Below are positions 12,601-23,712 of a DNA stretch of 64,000 nt, piece after piece. Every line of letters begins with the position of its first letter. Within the stretch, counting starts at the first letter, position 1. The translations under genes and the position numbers were made by a program. The DNA comes from Anthoceros angustus (Eukaryota > Plantae > Anthocerotophyta), in NCBI GenBank assembly GCA_010909165.1, contig MU008204.1, forward strand, positions 367,260 to 431,259, given 5' to 3'. A model generated the notes under the pieces. The model had not been told where the DNA came from, searched no databases, and was given only the letters and a program-made list of their open reading frames with translations.

Positions 12601-13647
12601 TTCTCTGATTTGCACGTGAAGCTGTTTCCCCTTCTCCAAAGCTGGGGTCCCCACACTTGCACATGCCTGGAGGAGGCACACAAATGTCACGGAATTGGGT
12701 ACAGCGATGCCTCCTTCTTGCATAGCACTGTAAAGACGAAGAGCCTTCTGCCCCATGCCGTGCTGGGAGTACCCTGCAATCAAAGCAGTCCACGTCACGA
12801 CATCTTTCTCTCCAAGTCCATCAAACACTCTCTGAGCATTCTCCAAGCTGCCACACTTCGCGTACATGTTCACCAAGCAAGTACACACAAACAAATCAGG
12901 CTCAACGCCACTGGCCAACAAGTCAGCATGCACCTGCTGCCCAGTTTTCAAGTCTGCTCCCCTCGCACAAGCTTGAAGAGCCGACACAAACACATGACCA
13001 TCTGGCTTCACACTGGTCCCACGCATCCGATGGTACAGCTGCAAGGCCTGCTTCTCCTGCCCTTGTTTCACATGCGCAGCAATGATGGCAGACCATGTGA
13101 AGGCCTCTGTTTTGGGAACCAATGCAAATACATCCATCGCGTCTTGCAACCGGCCATGAGAAGCATACATCCGCAGGATGTGGGTGCCCAGGAACGTATC
13201 CGACTGCAACCCCTTTGTCACCGCGAAAGCATGGATGCGGCGACCCAGAACAAGATCCTTCTGGGCTACGCATTTCTTCAGCACAGTGTAAAAGAGGGAT
13301 TTAGAAATAACACATTCCGTCCGCACCAAGACTCCCAGAGCCTCCACGGCCGCAGTCAAGCACCCCTCATCACATAGCTGGCTCACGGTTTTCGGCATCA
13401 CCCCCCTTTCGTATCCTGCAGGCCTGCGAGAGTCATTATCATCCGGCAGGCTCCAGGTGGATTTGAAGAAATTCATCTGCCCATCCAGAGCACCCACCCA
13501 AACCGGCTTGTAGAAATTGTCGAGCCAGGGGAAGGGGACCTCCTGGAGCTTTGTTGGAAACGTGCTGTATCTGGCAGTTTGGTTCCTCGCAGTCAGGTGA
13601 GCGGGAGCCCTTCCTACAATGCGCGTCACCACGCTCCAGGCAGCCAT
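6601..13647 (-). CDS. Very long PLS-class PPR protein (about 20-21 P-L-S triplets, E1/E2, WW-type PG box, no catalytic DYW core); broken by many frameshifts (assembly errors or pseudogenisation)
   Basis: ORF pieces 12064-13695, 11888-12169, 11554-11904, 11240-11560, 9981-11240, 8133-9929, 7634-8191 and 6601-7806 all encode VVTW(N/T)AMIAGYSQQG / VTFVCLLQACAS / VFVANSLVNMYAKCGSLEDA motifs. C-terminus reads ...AWKKPGQSWWTDMDGEVHSFLVGDENHTKSQARNE*. First ATG is at 13647 (MAAWSVVTRIVGR). Paralogue of the gene at 1-4217. Confidence 0.9.
7490..12800 (-). repeat. Near-identical internal block duplications within PPR gene 2 (7-triplet, 2-triplet and 1-triplet blocks)
   Basis: 12277 matches 10101 (offset ~2176, about 7x312). 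10101 matches 9486 (~615, about 2x312). ~7800-7980 matches ~7490-7670 (~310). 11659 matches 8862, and 10866 matches ~8075. Confidence 0.88.
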
Positions 13648-14433
13648 GGCTCCAGGAATACCTTGTAAATCACCTGTGGCTGCGACGGTTCCCACCTAGA
13701 GAACAGGACTTCATTTACAAGGGCATGGCGTCCGAATGCACAATCGACGAATCAGATGCTTCGAAGTCTTTAGAGTGGCAGGCAAACTTCGAGCTCAGCC
13801 TTTCCCACATATTCGGCGCTGGACCCCATGTTTTCGCCATCAAGTTCTCCCTTAACCGTCGCTACCGCATGTAGGACCTAGTCCATATTGGTAGCCAGAG
13901 CGATTGGTAGCTTCCAAATATGACACGCTTGGGAAACGGAAAGTTCCACCGTCGTCTCCGGGACCTCGAGGCTGGCTGCACCTTACTATATATGTGTCTC
14001 CCGGATTTCATTTTGCACACTTTCCTTTTTAGATGCATTTTATCGTACCCGCGGATATAAATAAGCACTGTGGTCCATTACGATCACCACCAGCGCACGA
14101 TATTTGCATCTCTGGATTTTATTATTGCACTCTATTTATCTTAGTTCTATATTATATCTTTTCAAGCATCATAAAAGAAGTTTTGATAGCAAGTAAATCT
14201 TTCGTTCAAGTCCGGATGTTTATATCTTACTAAACCAAGACCGGAATAAGGAGATCAATTAGCTTTTATATGTAAGTTTTCTAATCAATTGAATTTTTTC
14301 ATTTTAAAATTATAGGTACGAGATCAATTCTAATTTCTTCCAACCTTCTTATTTATTAGGAACTTGGATATCCAGTATCACACTGTCTACTTTCTTGAGC
14401 AAAAGCTCTAGAGTAAAGTAATTACTACGTATT

Positions 14434-15678
14434 ATGGAGGCAAATAAGCCAGATCCTGGCGACACATTTTCTTATATTCCAAATATCGAAGATCAAGGGC
14501 AAACATCTTCTCATCATCTAGATGAAAAAAGTCAAGAACAAGCAACTGTAACTCCTCAAGATTCACATACCGGTGTGCAAGGAGAAGGACAAGCATTTCC
14601 TCACCATCTAGATAAACAAAGTCAAGGGCAATCATCACCAACTCAGTGTTCATATGAGCAAGGTGAAGGACAAGCATCTTCTTCATGTTCAAGGGATCGG
14701 CCAAGCACAGGAGAACTTTACTCCTGTCCAATATGGTTGGGGAGGTTGTTAGAAATGATGGTCATGTTCTACCAAGTTTGCTATATTCATAAGGACAAGC
14801 CAGGTTCTTCCCTACGGAGTTTTTGTGTTTTATGCAAGGAAAAGCCTCTATGTCGATATTGCATTGAAGAGAATCACTTAAATCATCAGATACTACAAGT
14901 GAGAACTGTGGCACATAAAACTTGTGTACGTGTGAACGATATTTTAGAAGTAGACAAGAGTGTTGATTACACCAATATCCAATCTTTAGCAGACAAAGGA
15001 TCACGAGTATTTGCTTTAAAAAGTTCTAGTAAGGATAGTAAAGCAATCGAAGTAATTCGACAAAACAAGTATTCAAAAGTATATTGTATCTACTGCATCA
15101 AGTCAGAACATATTCCTGGAAAACAAACTATGAAACACTTGTTTTGTTCAATTGATTGCAAAGTTCAATATTTCAAAATAGACGGAGATATACCGAATGA
15201 TGTCTCAATTAGCCCCAATATGTTGTCGGAAGATGTGGAGGATCCAAAATACATGGATGTTCATAAAGATTATGCCAACACTAGGAAGCGTGTTGGAAAT
15301 AAAAAACGAAAAGTACAATTTTCACAGGACAACGTGAAATATGAAACAAATGAGCAAAATATGGCTTGCAAAAAACTCAAAACTAATAATTCGTTACGAA
15401 TTGTTAGATACAGCGTTAGCCAGAAAACTATGGTGCTCAAACAATGCTGTGAAGAATGTATCACCAAGAAATTACTTCTTTTTCCATGTGATACTTCATA
15501 CACCCATATTGCAAAGGATTTATATGAAATCAAATTACAATCTTCTTCAGAAGTTGCAGGCGTGATTTCAGATCTTATAGTAAATGCAAATTTGGATGTT
15601 AAAGTTATGAATGTTGAGAGGATTTGTAACATATACGAAGATACAGATACATCTGGTATGGATATAAACAATATATAA
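14434..15678 (+). CDS. Divergent PLATZ zinc-finger DNA-binding protein, intronless, 414 aa
   Basis: PIWLGRLL..F..CYIH-x11-CVLC-x5-CRYC-x4-HLNH-QILQVR...VRVNDI...VDYTNIQS matches the canonical PLATZ motif C-x2-H-x11-C-x2-C-x4-5-C-x2-C-x3-7-H-x2-H. Second site CIYC-x16-CSIDC (in FCSIDCKV). Basic NLS-like RKRVGNKKRK. Uninterrupted ORF in AT-rich DNA. Confidence 0.88.
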   Translation: MEANKPDPGDTFSYIPNIEDQGQTSSHHLDEKSQEQATVTPQDSHTGVQGEGQAFPHHLDKQSQGQSSPTQCSYEQGEGQASSSCSRDRPSTGELYSCPIWLGRLLEMMVMFYQVCYIHKDKPGSSLRSFCVLCKEKPLCRYCIEENHLNHQILQVRTVAHKTCVRVNDILEVDKSVDYTNIQSLADKGSRVFALKSSSKDSKAIEVIRQNKYSKVYCIYCIKSEHIPGKQTMKHLFCSIDCKVQYFKIDGDIPNDVSISPNMLSEDVEDPKYMDVHKDYANTRKRVGNKKRKVQFSQDNVKYETNEQNMACKKLKTNNSLRIVRYSVSQKTMVLKQCCEECITKKLLLFPCDTSYTHIAKDLYEIKLQSSSEVAGVISDLIVNANLDVKVMNVERICNIYEDTDTSGMDINNI

Positions 15679-16439
15679 GTGAATCTGGCGTTAGAGATGT
15701 GGCTTGACAACAAATTTGAATAAAATACGAGAATAATTATTTTTTCAAAAATTAAGACTTGATGGCCCTAATTGTTCTTAGTCCTGTTGTTCCTCGTATT
15801 GTTTCCCTATGACATAGGGTTTGGGTAGAAAGGGGTTTCTCCTGCCAAAAGGGGTATTCGTAAAAATCCCAACCCTTTTCCGTGGAAAACTCAAATCGGT
15901 TTAATTTTTATTGTTTTTGGAGGGTGTTCATCCATCGGTTTAATTTTTATTGTTTTGGAGGTGTTCATCCATTGGTTTACGGCATTCCACATTGTGGTGC
16001 CACTTCAGTTACTGCAGGCTTCGCCGCTTCTAATTTTGTTCATTGTGATTTAGTAGGCGTGTTGAAGGGTTAGTGCCCTCTTTGTTCCATTATTTCCGCA
16101 TGTCCATGGTTCCCTAATTTTGTGTGGTCTTCTATGATTTTGTATTTCAGGAGGATCGAGGCGCGCCTGGTCTTGGCATGCGCTGACTGCACAAACTTGT
16201 GCGCGCACTGTGGAAAAAGAACGGCGAAAGCCTCCACCTCTTCCACTGGCCCATCCTCGCCGATTCCATACTAGTGCCCATAGCCGGATGGTTTCAAGTA
16301 GGACAATGGCCAGGCACTGTGTCGCACTTCTCTCCACGCTTCCTGCAGGCCGGGTGCCAGAGCCTGATGGAAGCGGTTTTGGATACGGTCCTGCACATAA
16401 CAGACACCTAACAGATTAGAAGTCTGGTGGGGGGGGGCT

Positions 16440-16600
16440 GGCATCCATATCCGACACCTCCGCCTTACACAAGCTGGATATTGCAATAATGGGGGAACAT
16501 GGACTTTTGGAGGTCTTAGGATGTGCCAAAACTCCCGTTGCAAACACAAGTTGCAAACAACAGCAAGAATTCACCTAGATCGCTCTCATAGATTTATCAT
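16440..16600 (-). pseudogene. Degenerate PHD-finger-like segment downstream of the transposase
   Basis: Joining frames gives ESDLGEFLLL / CNLCLQREFWHILRPPKVHVPPLLQYPAC, similar to the PHD consensus LLLCDxCxxxxHxxCLxPPLxxVPxGxWxCPxC. Some Cys ligands are lost. Confidence 0.5.
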
Positions 16601-16636
16601 ATGATCTAATGTGACGAAGAACATCCTATCTTCTTC

Positions 16637-18560
16637 TTATCCTTTATGATGTTTCCGCCACTTTCGGTGGAGACCTAGTACTAGGTTATCCTCAAACATA
16701 CCTTCAAAAGCACCAGTAGCACTCACCATTCCATTGCCTTTGCCGCGGGCTCTTGTCGCAATTGGAGCAGAACTGCAAGTCGGTTGCACATCATCATCAG
16801 CACCTAATTGCACTTCTACTCCCTTCTGAATTTCGGGGTTTTGATCCGAAACAATATTTTGGTCCATTACGAATTCTTCTTCTGATGGGTGGTCTGCACT
16901 TGTCTCCTCATCCCTATGATCTTCTTGCACTCCCGATAAATGTTGAAATTCAAATAACTTTGTCTTGATGAGCTCCTGCGTTTGGACTTGTAGAGTGCTA
17001 CCCCTTGCACAGGAGAATCCGTATGCTAAAATAAATGACTCAGATCTCAATAGACGATCCAGATGCTTCAGTCGCTTCCTCCGTTGCCACAATTCCCCTC
17101 TATCACTATTGTTTGGAGCCAATATCTCCTCCGGTAGGTACCTTCCTTCGAACGCATTGCTACTCTCTGTCACCCACCATTGGACAACTAGGTAAGGCTC
17201 GTCGCATGTGAAATCCAAAAATGCCTATTTTGATCATCTGTCTCACATGGATCTGCAATCATATGGCCTCGTCTGATCTCGGACATATCTCCATCCAATC
17301 TCGCCAACTTTATGGCTACAGCACCCGATGGCCTATAATTCTCGAGATACATGTGATGCGGTTCAAGATTTTGTGAAATTGGAGTTCAAGTTTCGCTCAA
17401 CCTCCTCCCTGTTGTACCACTCCCATGGTTTTTGTAGTTCCCAGTCGACTCCTCTTTTGATTTTCTCGCAATTCTAGAACTGTGACTCCCAAAACCTGTT
17501 CCACCATACTTTGTCCTCGACAAAAAGGTACTTTTGCATCGGCTCTTCGAGGGCTTTCCTAATAGCTCCTAGTGCTTTATGATGGTCTGCGTCCGAAGGT
17601 TTCCCATGCACTTGAAGAGGACATAAAGGTGCTCCCAGTATTGCTGTTTCTCGTATCCTGCAAAGGAACTCCAAACCCTCTAAAGGTTCCCAATGTGAGA
17701 TAGTAGAAAGTGGTTTGCCGCGAAGTACTATTACCATTGCTCCGCCAGCTCTTTCTTCTCTTGAAATTTTGCATTGATGGTGATCACTATGATTGTGCAA
17801 ATTTTGAACTGCGGCATCTTGTGCCCCCCTTTTACCCATCCCATTGGCCAGACAAAGCTCCTGAAATTGGCCACTTTAGAAACCATTTTAACTTCTGGAT
17901 TGGGTGCATACGCCTGTTCAATCAAAGTCATAAGGGTTTCGAGTGACATTGCCTTTTTGTGCTCGAGACTTTTAGAAAAGCATGAGAACATTTGATCAAT
18001 TGCATCATGCGTATGCTTGACAAGTAGAAATCTAAGAAAACCTTATCGAAGACCCGCTTCTCGACACGCATACTTAAGTATGCAAACAACACCATATTTT
18101 GTTTCCTCTGGCCATGTTGTCGAGTTGCAAGTAAAACATCTTCGGTAGAAACTTTTCATAGTTGAGAATAATATCCTGGATTATATGAATAGTTAAGTTG
18201 GCATCGTTTCGAATATTCAGGAAGTTGACAAGCACCTTGGTATAATGTTATTGTATGGCAAACGAAGCACTACATGAACACGAATAAGCCCATCTGCAAA
18301 ATCCTTCGGGGGCCAATAAAATGTTACAGCTCCGTTCTGTTTAATCCATCCCGTCTATTGCAATTCCTATGTATTTGCTAGGTTGTCCCTTACACTTCAA
18401 ACGGTGTTTTGCAAGTTTGAGCCACTCCTACTTGATCGCCAATCGATGTGCACAGAGGTGCTGCTCATGGACCTCTGTCACCACATATTCACATTGGCAA
18501 AACTACCATCAGGTTCATGTTAATACCCACGTTGCGCTTCCTAAGCTGCCCCCAATCTAG
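16637..18560 (-). pseudogene. Decayed DUF7869-type RNase H-fold DDD transposase (Sola1-like) with a C-terminal extension
   Basis: Minus-strand motifs in order: IGIAIDGMD* (~18350), NDANLTIHII...FLPKMFYLQLDNMAR/NK (~18120), FLLVKHTHDAIDQMFS (~18000). These match the IDGMDQ / LYLQLDNxxRENKN / GHTHEDIDQxFS signature. Stops and frameshifts are present. Confidence 0.75.
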
Positions 18561-19042
18561 CTCTACCGCCTGCTTATTACGTTAAGACCACTAATCCCGG
18601 ACCCCACCTCCACCTCCTTCTCCACCTCAAGTAAGAGGTAGTTCTCCATTAAAATCTAAGTATTCTCAAATATTTAATAATTTTAGTAGAAATAAATATT
18701 TGAGATATCACATAGGTAATGATACAAGGGCTACCCATAAAAGCGTATGACAATATTATTCTTATAATAAATTTTTAGGACTTTAATAGATGATCAATGA
18801 ATTACAATTTTTTTAGGACGTTAACCCCTAAATGACAAGGGGGTTTCTGCTATTTTTCTACAACCATAAATCTTGAGTATTATACGAGGGATATGAAATT
18901 TTTCTTTATTTTTTTGTTATCGTGACAATGACCAGCAGCCTCGCTTCCTAGTAGTCATCTACTCCTCATTGTTTGCCCAAAGCTATTGTTTTGTTGCGGT
19001 AAATGGAAAGCTGATTCCAACCTAGCATTTAATTCTTAGGGC

Positions 19043-19115
19043 TAGAAGTAGTTACTTTTATTTAGTTATTGGATATATTGGTTACAACCACCTATAACCA
19101 CCTCTACTTTGTAAA
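19043..19115 (+). repeat. Dispersed repeat also present at ~55598-55670
   Basis: Shared tagaagtagtt...tagttatt...ttggttacaac(c/a)acctataaccacct. Confidence 0.7.
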
Positions 19116-19119
19116 TAAT

Positions 19120-19540
19120 GGGCAGCCTGAAGACCGGCCTCCCCCAGAAATTGTTGATGATCATGTTGAATAACAGGTCGAAGCAATCCTCCGTCACAAG
19201 CTGGTAAGGAACACTTTACGGTTTCTAGTATTATGGCAGGGGTACCCCTTGTCTGAAGCTACTTGGGAACCAGCAGACCACCTTACCAATGCTCCACATC
19301 TCCTTCGATAATATATGCAAACTCATGGACTTCGGGATGAAGTCCTTGTACCCCGAGAGTAGTTGTCACGAGATTATGGAATTAGTGGGTATTAATAAAT
19401 AGCAAGGATAAGGGTAGCTGTAGACAGCTGTATTCCGGAGAGCGGCATGCGCGCCTTATGTGCTGCAGAGTCATCCGCTTACTAGGTGTTAAGTATGTAT
19501 TTACCTATAAATAGGGGGAACCCGTGAGGATAGGCAAGCA
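19120..19540 (+). mobile_element. Chromovirus (Ty3/Gypsy) remnant: integrase chromodomain, PPT-like tract and start of 3' LTR (TGTCACG at 19364)
   Basis: PPPEIVDDHVE*QVEAILRHKLVRNTLRFLVLWQGYPLSEATWEPADHLTNAPHLL is a chromodomain with in-frame stops. It is followed by gagagtagt|TGTCACG and a TATA-like ctataaatagg at ~19505. Confidence 0.85.
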
Positions 19541-22500
19541 GTTTTGATACCTACTTCGAACAATGAATAAGCTCGAGAATAACCTTCTTGTAGCCTTCCA
19601 ACCTAGGTACCAGATCTGCCTTCGACAAGCAACCCACACAAGGAACAGGAATTTGCAAGGCATTGACTTGCGAAAGCAATGAGTCAAACTTGACCTCGAA
19701 AGATGTCTCAAAATCTTTAGCCCATGAGCTTGCCGAATCAAGATCATGTTGCGATTTTCTAATGATAACATCATAACTATCAAATTTCTTATCTATAAGA
19801 TCATCCATTACGGAATTGACCTCATCCTCCTTGTCCTCCTAGCCCTCCTCGTCCCCCTCATCCTCCAAGTACCATGCCAAAGATTGGTGCTTAGCCAAAA
19901 GAAACTCATATTTTTCTCTAAGGAAATATTCTTCGTCTCAATATTATGTACTCTAGTCGATAATATAGACACCCTGTTGTCTTCATATTTATCCTCAATA
20001 CTACGTAATCTAGTCTCCAATATTGATACCCTGTTGTCTATATATTTAACTGTATTAGGCTTAGTGATAATAGAAGCCATAACCTCAAAAAATCAACAAA
20101 AGTAAAATAACCGCGACCTCCTCCACACCACCCACCACAGCCACCACGCAAAACACCCTAAATCATGTCCTTATCGCGACCTCTTCCACACCAGCAATGG
20201 CCTCGCTACACCAAAGTCTTGGCGACCCCACCGTGGCAACCTCACCCCATGCTCACCGCGATATCAACTCCAACACCCAACGGCCCATGTCCACAGCGGT
20301 AGCAACCCCAACATCCAACACCCCATGCCAACCACGTCATCAACCCCAACATCCAATACCCCATGCCTCATGCGATATCAACCCCAACACCCTATGCTCA
20401 ACGCAACAAAGCCCACTACAAAGCAAGCCCTCAACCCCTAGGACAGGCCCCACTGCAGATCGCACCGCGCTCCACACTCCGCATTCCGAACTCTTAAAGG
20501 TATCCTAAGCAAAAAGAAGGGGAATCCATACTGATCAAAGAACGGGAATCAAGACTTCCATATTGCACATGCTTTATGAACAAATTATTGAGATTTGTGT
20601 TGTTGGTTATTGAAAAAAAATTTAATATGATGTGAAAAAAATGCTAAGGATTGTAGCTCATATATTAGTCGCAACATTGACTCTTATGATAGACAACACC
20701 CTTTACCACGATTTTGAGAAAAACTCCAATCATATGAGAAATCAAAATGAAGGGGAAAACCCTTAATTGAGTCTTACAACATCTCTAAATTAATATTGTG
20801 GGTATATGGATCTAGAAGAATTGCTATAATCTGAATCTCCAAACACACTGCCATGGCGCGCAGACACTCTTCCGAGCGTGGTAGTAATTAAGTCTCGAGT
20901 CTATCGATGGATAGAAGGCGTGTTAGATGAGTTCCCAAATTATACATCTTGGTCTTCTATAATGTGGGCAGTCAAGCATGTTGTGTACTGAATATGTGTG
21001 AGATAAGATGTGCAAACTTGCTAGTGTGCTTGACCAGTAGCGTAGCTCTATAATTGCAAATTTTGAGGTGAATGTGGAATGAAGTTGAGGTGAAGTAGTG
21101 AATGCATGCAAGCAATTTTGTGTAGGAATGCAATCAAGTTGTGGCCATTTGTTTTAACGTGCAAGTGTCAGTTTGTCTTATTAAGTAAAGCTTCCTTTGA
21201 TCTTGTATGTTGATTTTTTAGATAAAGAATAAGATCATTAGAGTTTAGATCATGAAGTGTTGTGTAAAATTGTCTATTATGTGGGATGCAGGTAGTAGTA
21301 GTTTCTTCAACAATTATAATGTTGGCCAGTGCATCCAATTGGACAAATAACATGTGGATCTACTAGTTGTGCCGAATACTGACATGAGCTCCTGAAGGCG
21401 GTAAGTGCTGCTGCCGGCCCAGGCGAGCAAAACCGCGGCGGAGGTCGGAGGCGGCGGGCGGGCGGGAAACTGCAGCCACAGGGAATCTCGACGCCTTGTT
21501 TGGTGATGGGAGTAGCGGCGAGGACGAACCCTCAAGACGGGCCGCAGAGGGCAGACCAAGCACTTGACTCACAGGCGACAATGAGGTATGCTCCCTGGAC
21601 CCCGTGCTTGGCTTGGGTGGCCCAAGAGAGATTAGTCTGGCAAGGGATTTTTGGGATCCTCCACCTATCCGAAAGATAGGGGGAGGATCCCCAAAATCCG
21701 GTGCTGCTATCAGCAGAGGCGGAGGAGGACACCGTGGTGACCTCAGGCGTGAACGTGGGTCCTGGGGAGCGGTCCAATCTTGGCTGGGTTGAGGTCCAGA
21801 CTCCTGCCGGAAGGCAAGTGTGGAAGACCACATGTACACTAACCTCCACAATTTGGTTTGAATGTTCTTTTGTTTTCTTATGTTTTGTGTGATGGAGTGC
21901 TTAGGAAATGTCTGAGGCAAGGCCTTTTATAGTAAAAGTGGTCCTTGGCCCATGACAATACTTTTGTCCTTGGACCTCGAACTGTGAATGTCGAGGCCGG
22001 CTAGAAGGTCCTGGACCTTGGGATTTTAAGAATAAAATTGTCTATATAAGGTGCGGGATCCTTCATTCGACGCGATGGCCTTGAGGAAGTGGGGGAGGTG
22101 GCTAGTTCCTAGCAGTGGCGAATATGGAGCATGCGTCTGATACGGGGGGGAGATAACAACCCTAATTCAGGGGGGTTGTGATGGTGAGGTGGAGGCGCAA
22201 GACGCCTTAGGGGTGGTCGAGAGCTTGCTCCCAACTGGGGTGAAGGGTGATGGAGCAATTTTACGACAACGGAGGAGGAAAACCAAGGGATTGGCGCGCG
22301 GTCTAGGAGCTTGCTCAGAACGCCAGACGCCTGAGGTTCTTCTCTCCTTCACCTTGATCCCGAAGCCTGTGTTCCAAATCGAGAGTGTTTGAATGGATGG
22401 TTGAAGTTCGCGCTAACTGAGGGAGAGAGAGAGAGGAGAGAAGAGATCTGACGGAGAGATCAGTCAACAGTAGGTGTGCGATCGTGGCGGAAGAGAAGGA

Positions 22501-22624
22501 GAGCGAAGCGGGACGCTTGCGGAGAGTTGTGTGTGGTTTCAGAAACTCGAACCTGGGCTTGCAAGCGAAAGTGCACAAGGGAAACAACGCCTCCGTGGCG
22601 CTGGCAGAGCGCGGTCGTGCGCAG

Positions 22625-22860
22625 ATCCGGAATGCGCTCTCCTGCTCCATCGTCCATTCCACTCTTGGTCCTTCCTCAACAAGCTCGCTAGTGGGCAGCC
22701 CGCTGTAAAATTTGGGACAAAACGCAGAATACCTAACCATCTCTGTGAACCCAGAGTTCCTTTTAGCTTAAGGCGCTCTAAGGGTGGCTATGACCTTACC
22801 TTGTCCGGATCGACCTCGATGCCTCCGCTGAAACCGATGCCCCACGTAATCCTCCTCGAC
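22625..22860 (-). mobile_element. Ty3/Gypsy RT C-terminus / RT-RNase H linker fragment, cut by the assembly gap
   Basis: Frameshifted GIEVDPDKV..IATLRAP..KEL.GF.EMVRY..FVPNF...WTMEQESAF. Confidence 0.7.
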
Positions 22861-22861
22861 N
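22861..22861. other. Single N: probable scaffold/contig junction
   Basis: An 'n' is present; unrelated sequence lies on either side. Confidence 0.8.
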
Positions 22862-23543
22862 TAAGGACGGATTTTGTCATGCTGATCCGACACATATATA
22901 GAGACTAGAATGAAATTTCGCTATTATGGTGGCGTAGCTTAAAATAAAAGGAATTTTTATGAAAAGTGCAACCAGGACTTCCGGAGGTCACCCATCCAGT
23001 CATCCGGCCCAAGGCGCTGAGTTCTGGGGGATCCGGTGTCGATGGGATCGTTGCCGCATATGTGCCCTCCTTCTCCTGTTGCACATGCCATATACCTCAC
23101 ATTGCTTTTGTGATTTTCTTCTCCACCTTCTCTCACCATCTTAACAACTCGCCTTTGGTCTCTCCTTTCACCTCACACTCCTAGTTAATGCTCTAGTATG
23201 ACACCCATTTTATAATTTTTCCTCTTTGTGTTGCAACATGTGTTCTCTCACGCTACTATTTTATTCTTCCCTCTTGCTTTTCCTACATGATAGCAACCAG
23301 AACTCTATCTCTCTCCCTGTGGTTGTCATTCTCTTTCCATTTTGCCTCCTTTGCATAACTATGCATTTATAATCTACCTTCCCTCTTCAATGCACCCTTG
23401 TGTCCACATCTGGTTTTGTTTTTTAAGCTCCACATACACCATTGAAAACTCTTGTTTTCACCTGATTATGTATAGTAGGATTCTAGATTATTTATATGTC
23501 TATCTATATATACAGTTTGCAGGCCCACTTGTTATGTATATTC

Positions 23544-23592
<49 letters not shown>

Positions 23593-23625
23593 CATACATA
23601 AACACGTGTATGTATATATATATTT
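23544..23625. repeat. (CT)n(TA)n compound microsatellite
   Basis: Direct observation. Confidence 0.95.
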
Positions 23626-23712
23626 ATACTTACATATATTTGTAACCTAAACATAATATTATTTACCTATGTCTAAGTTCATGGGTGCGAGGCTCACTCT
23701 ACGTTCGGAGAC

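Noticed and set aside
1341-13377. Many plus-strand ORFs with repeated HTCTCLQEAHKCH motifs
   Set aside because: They are antisense shadows of the PPR repeats, not metal-binding proteins.
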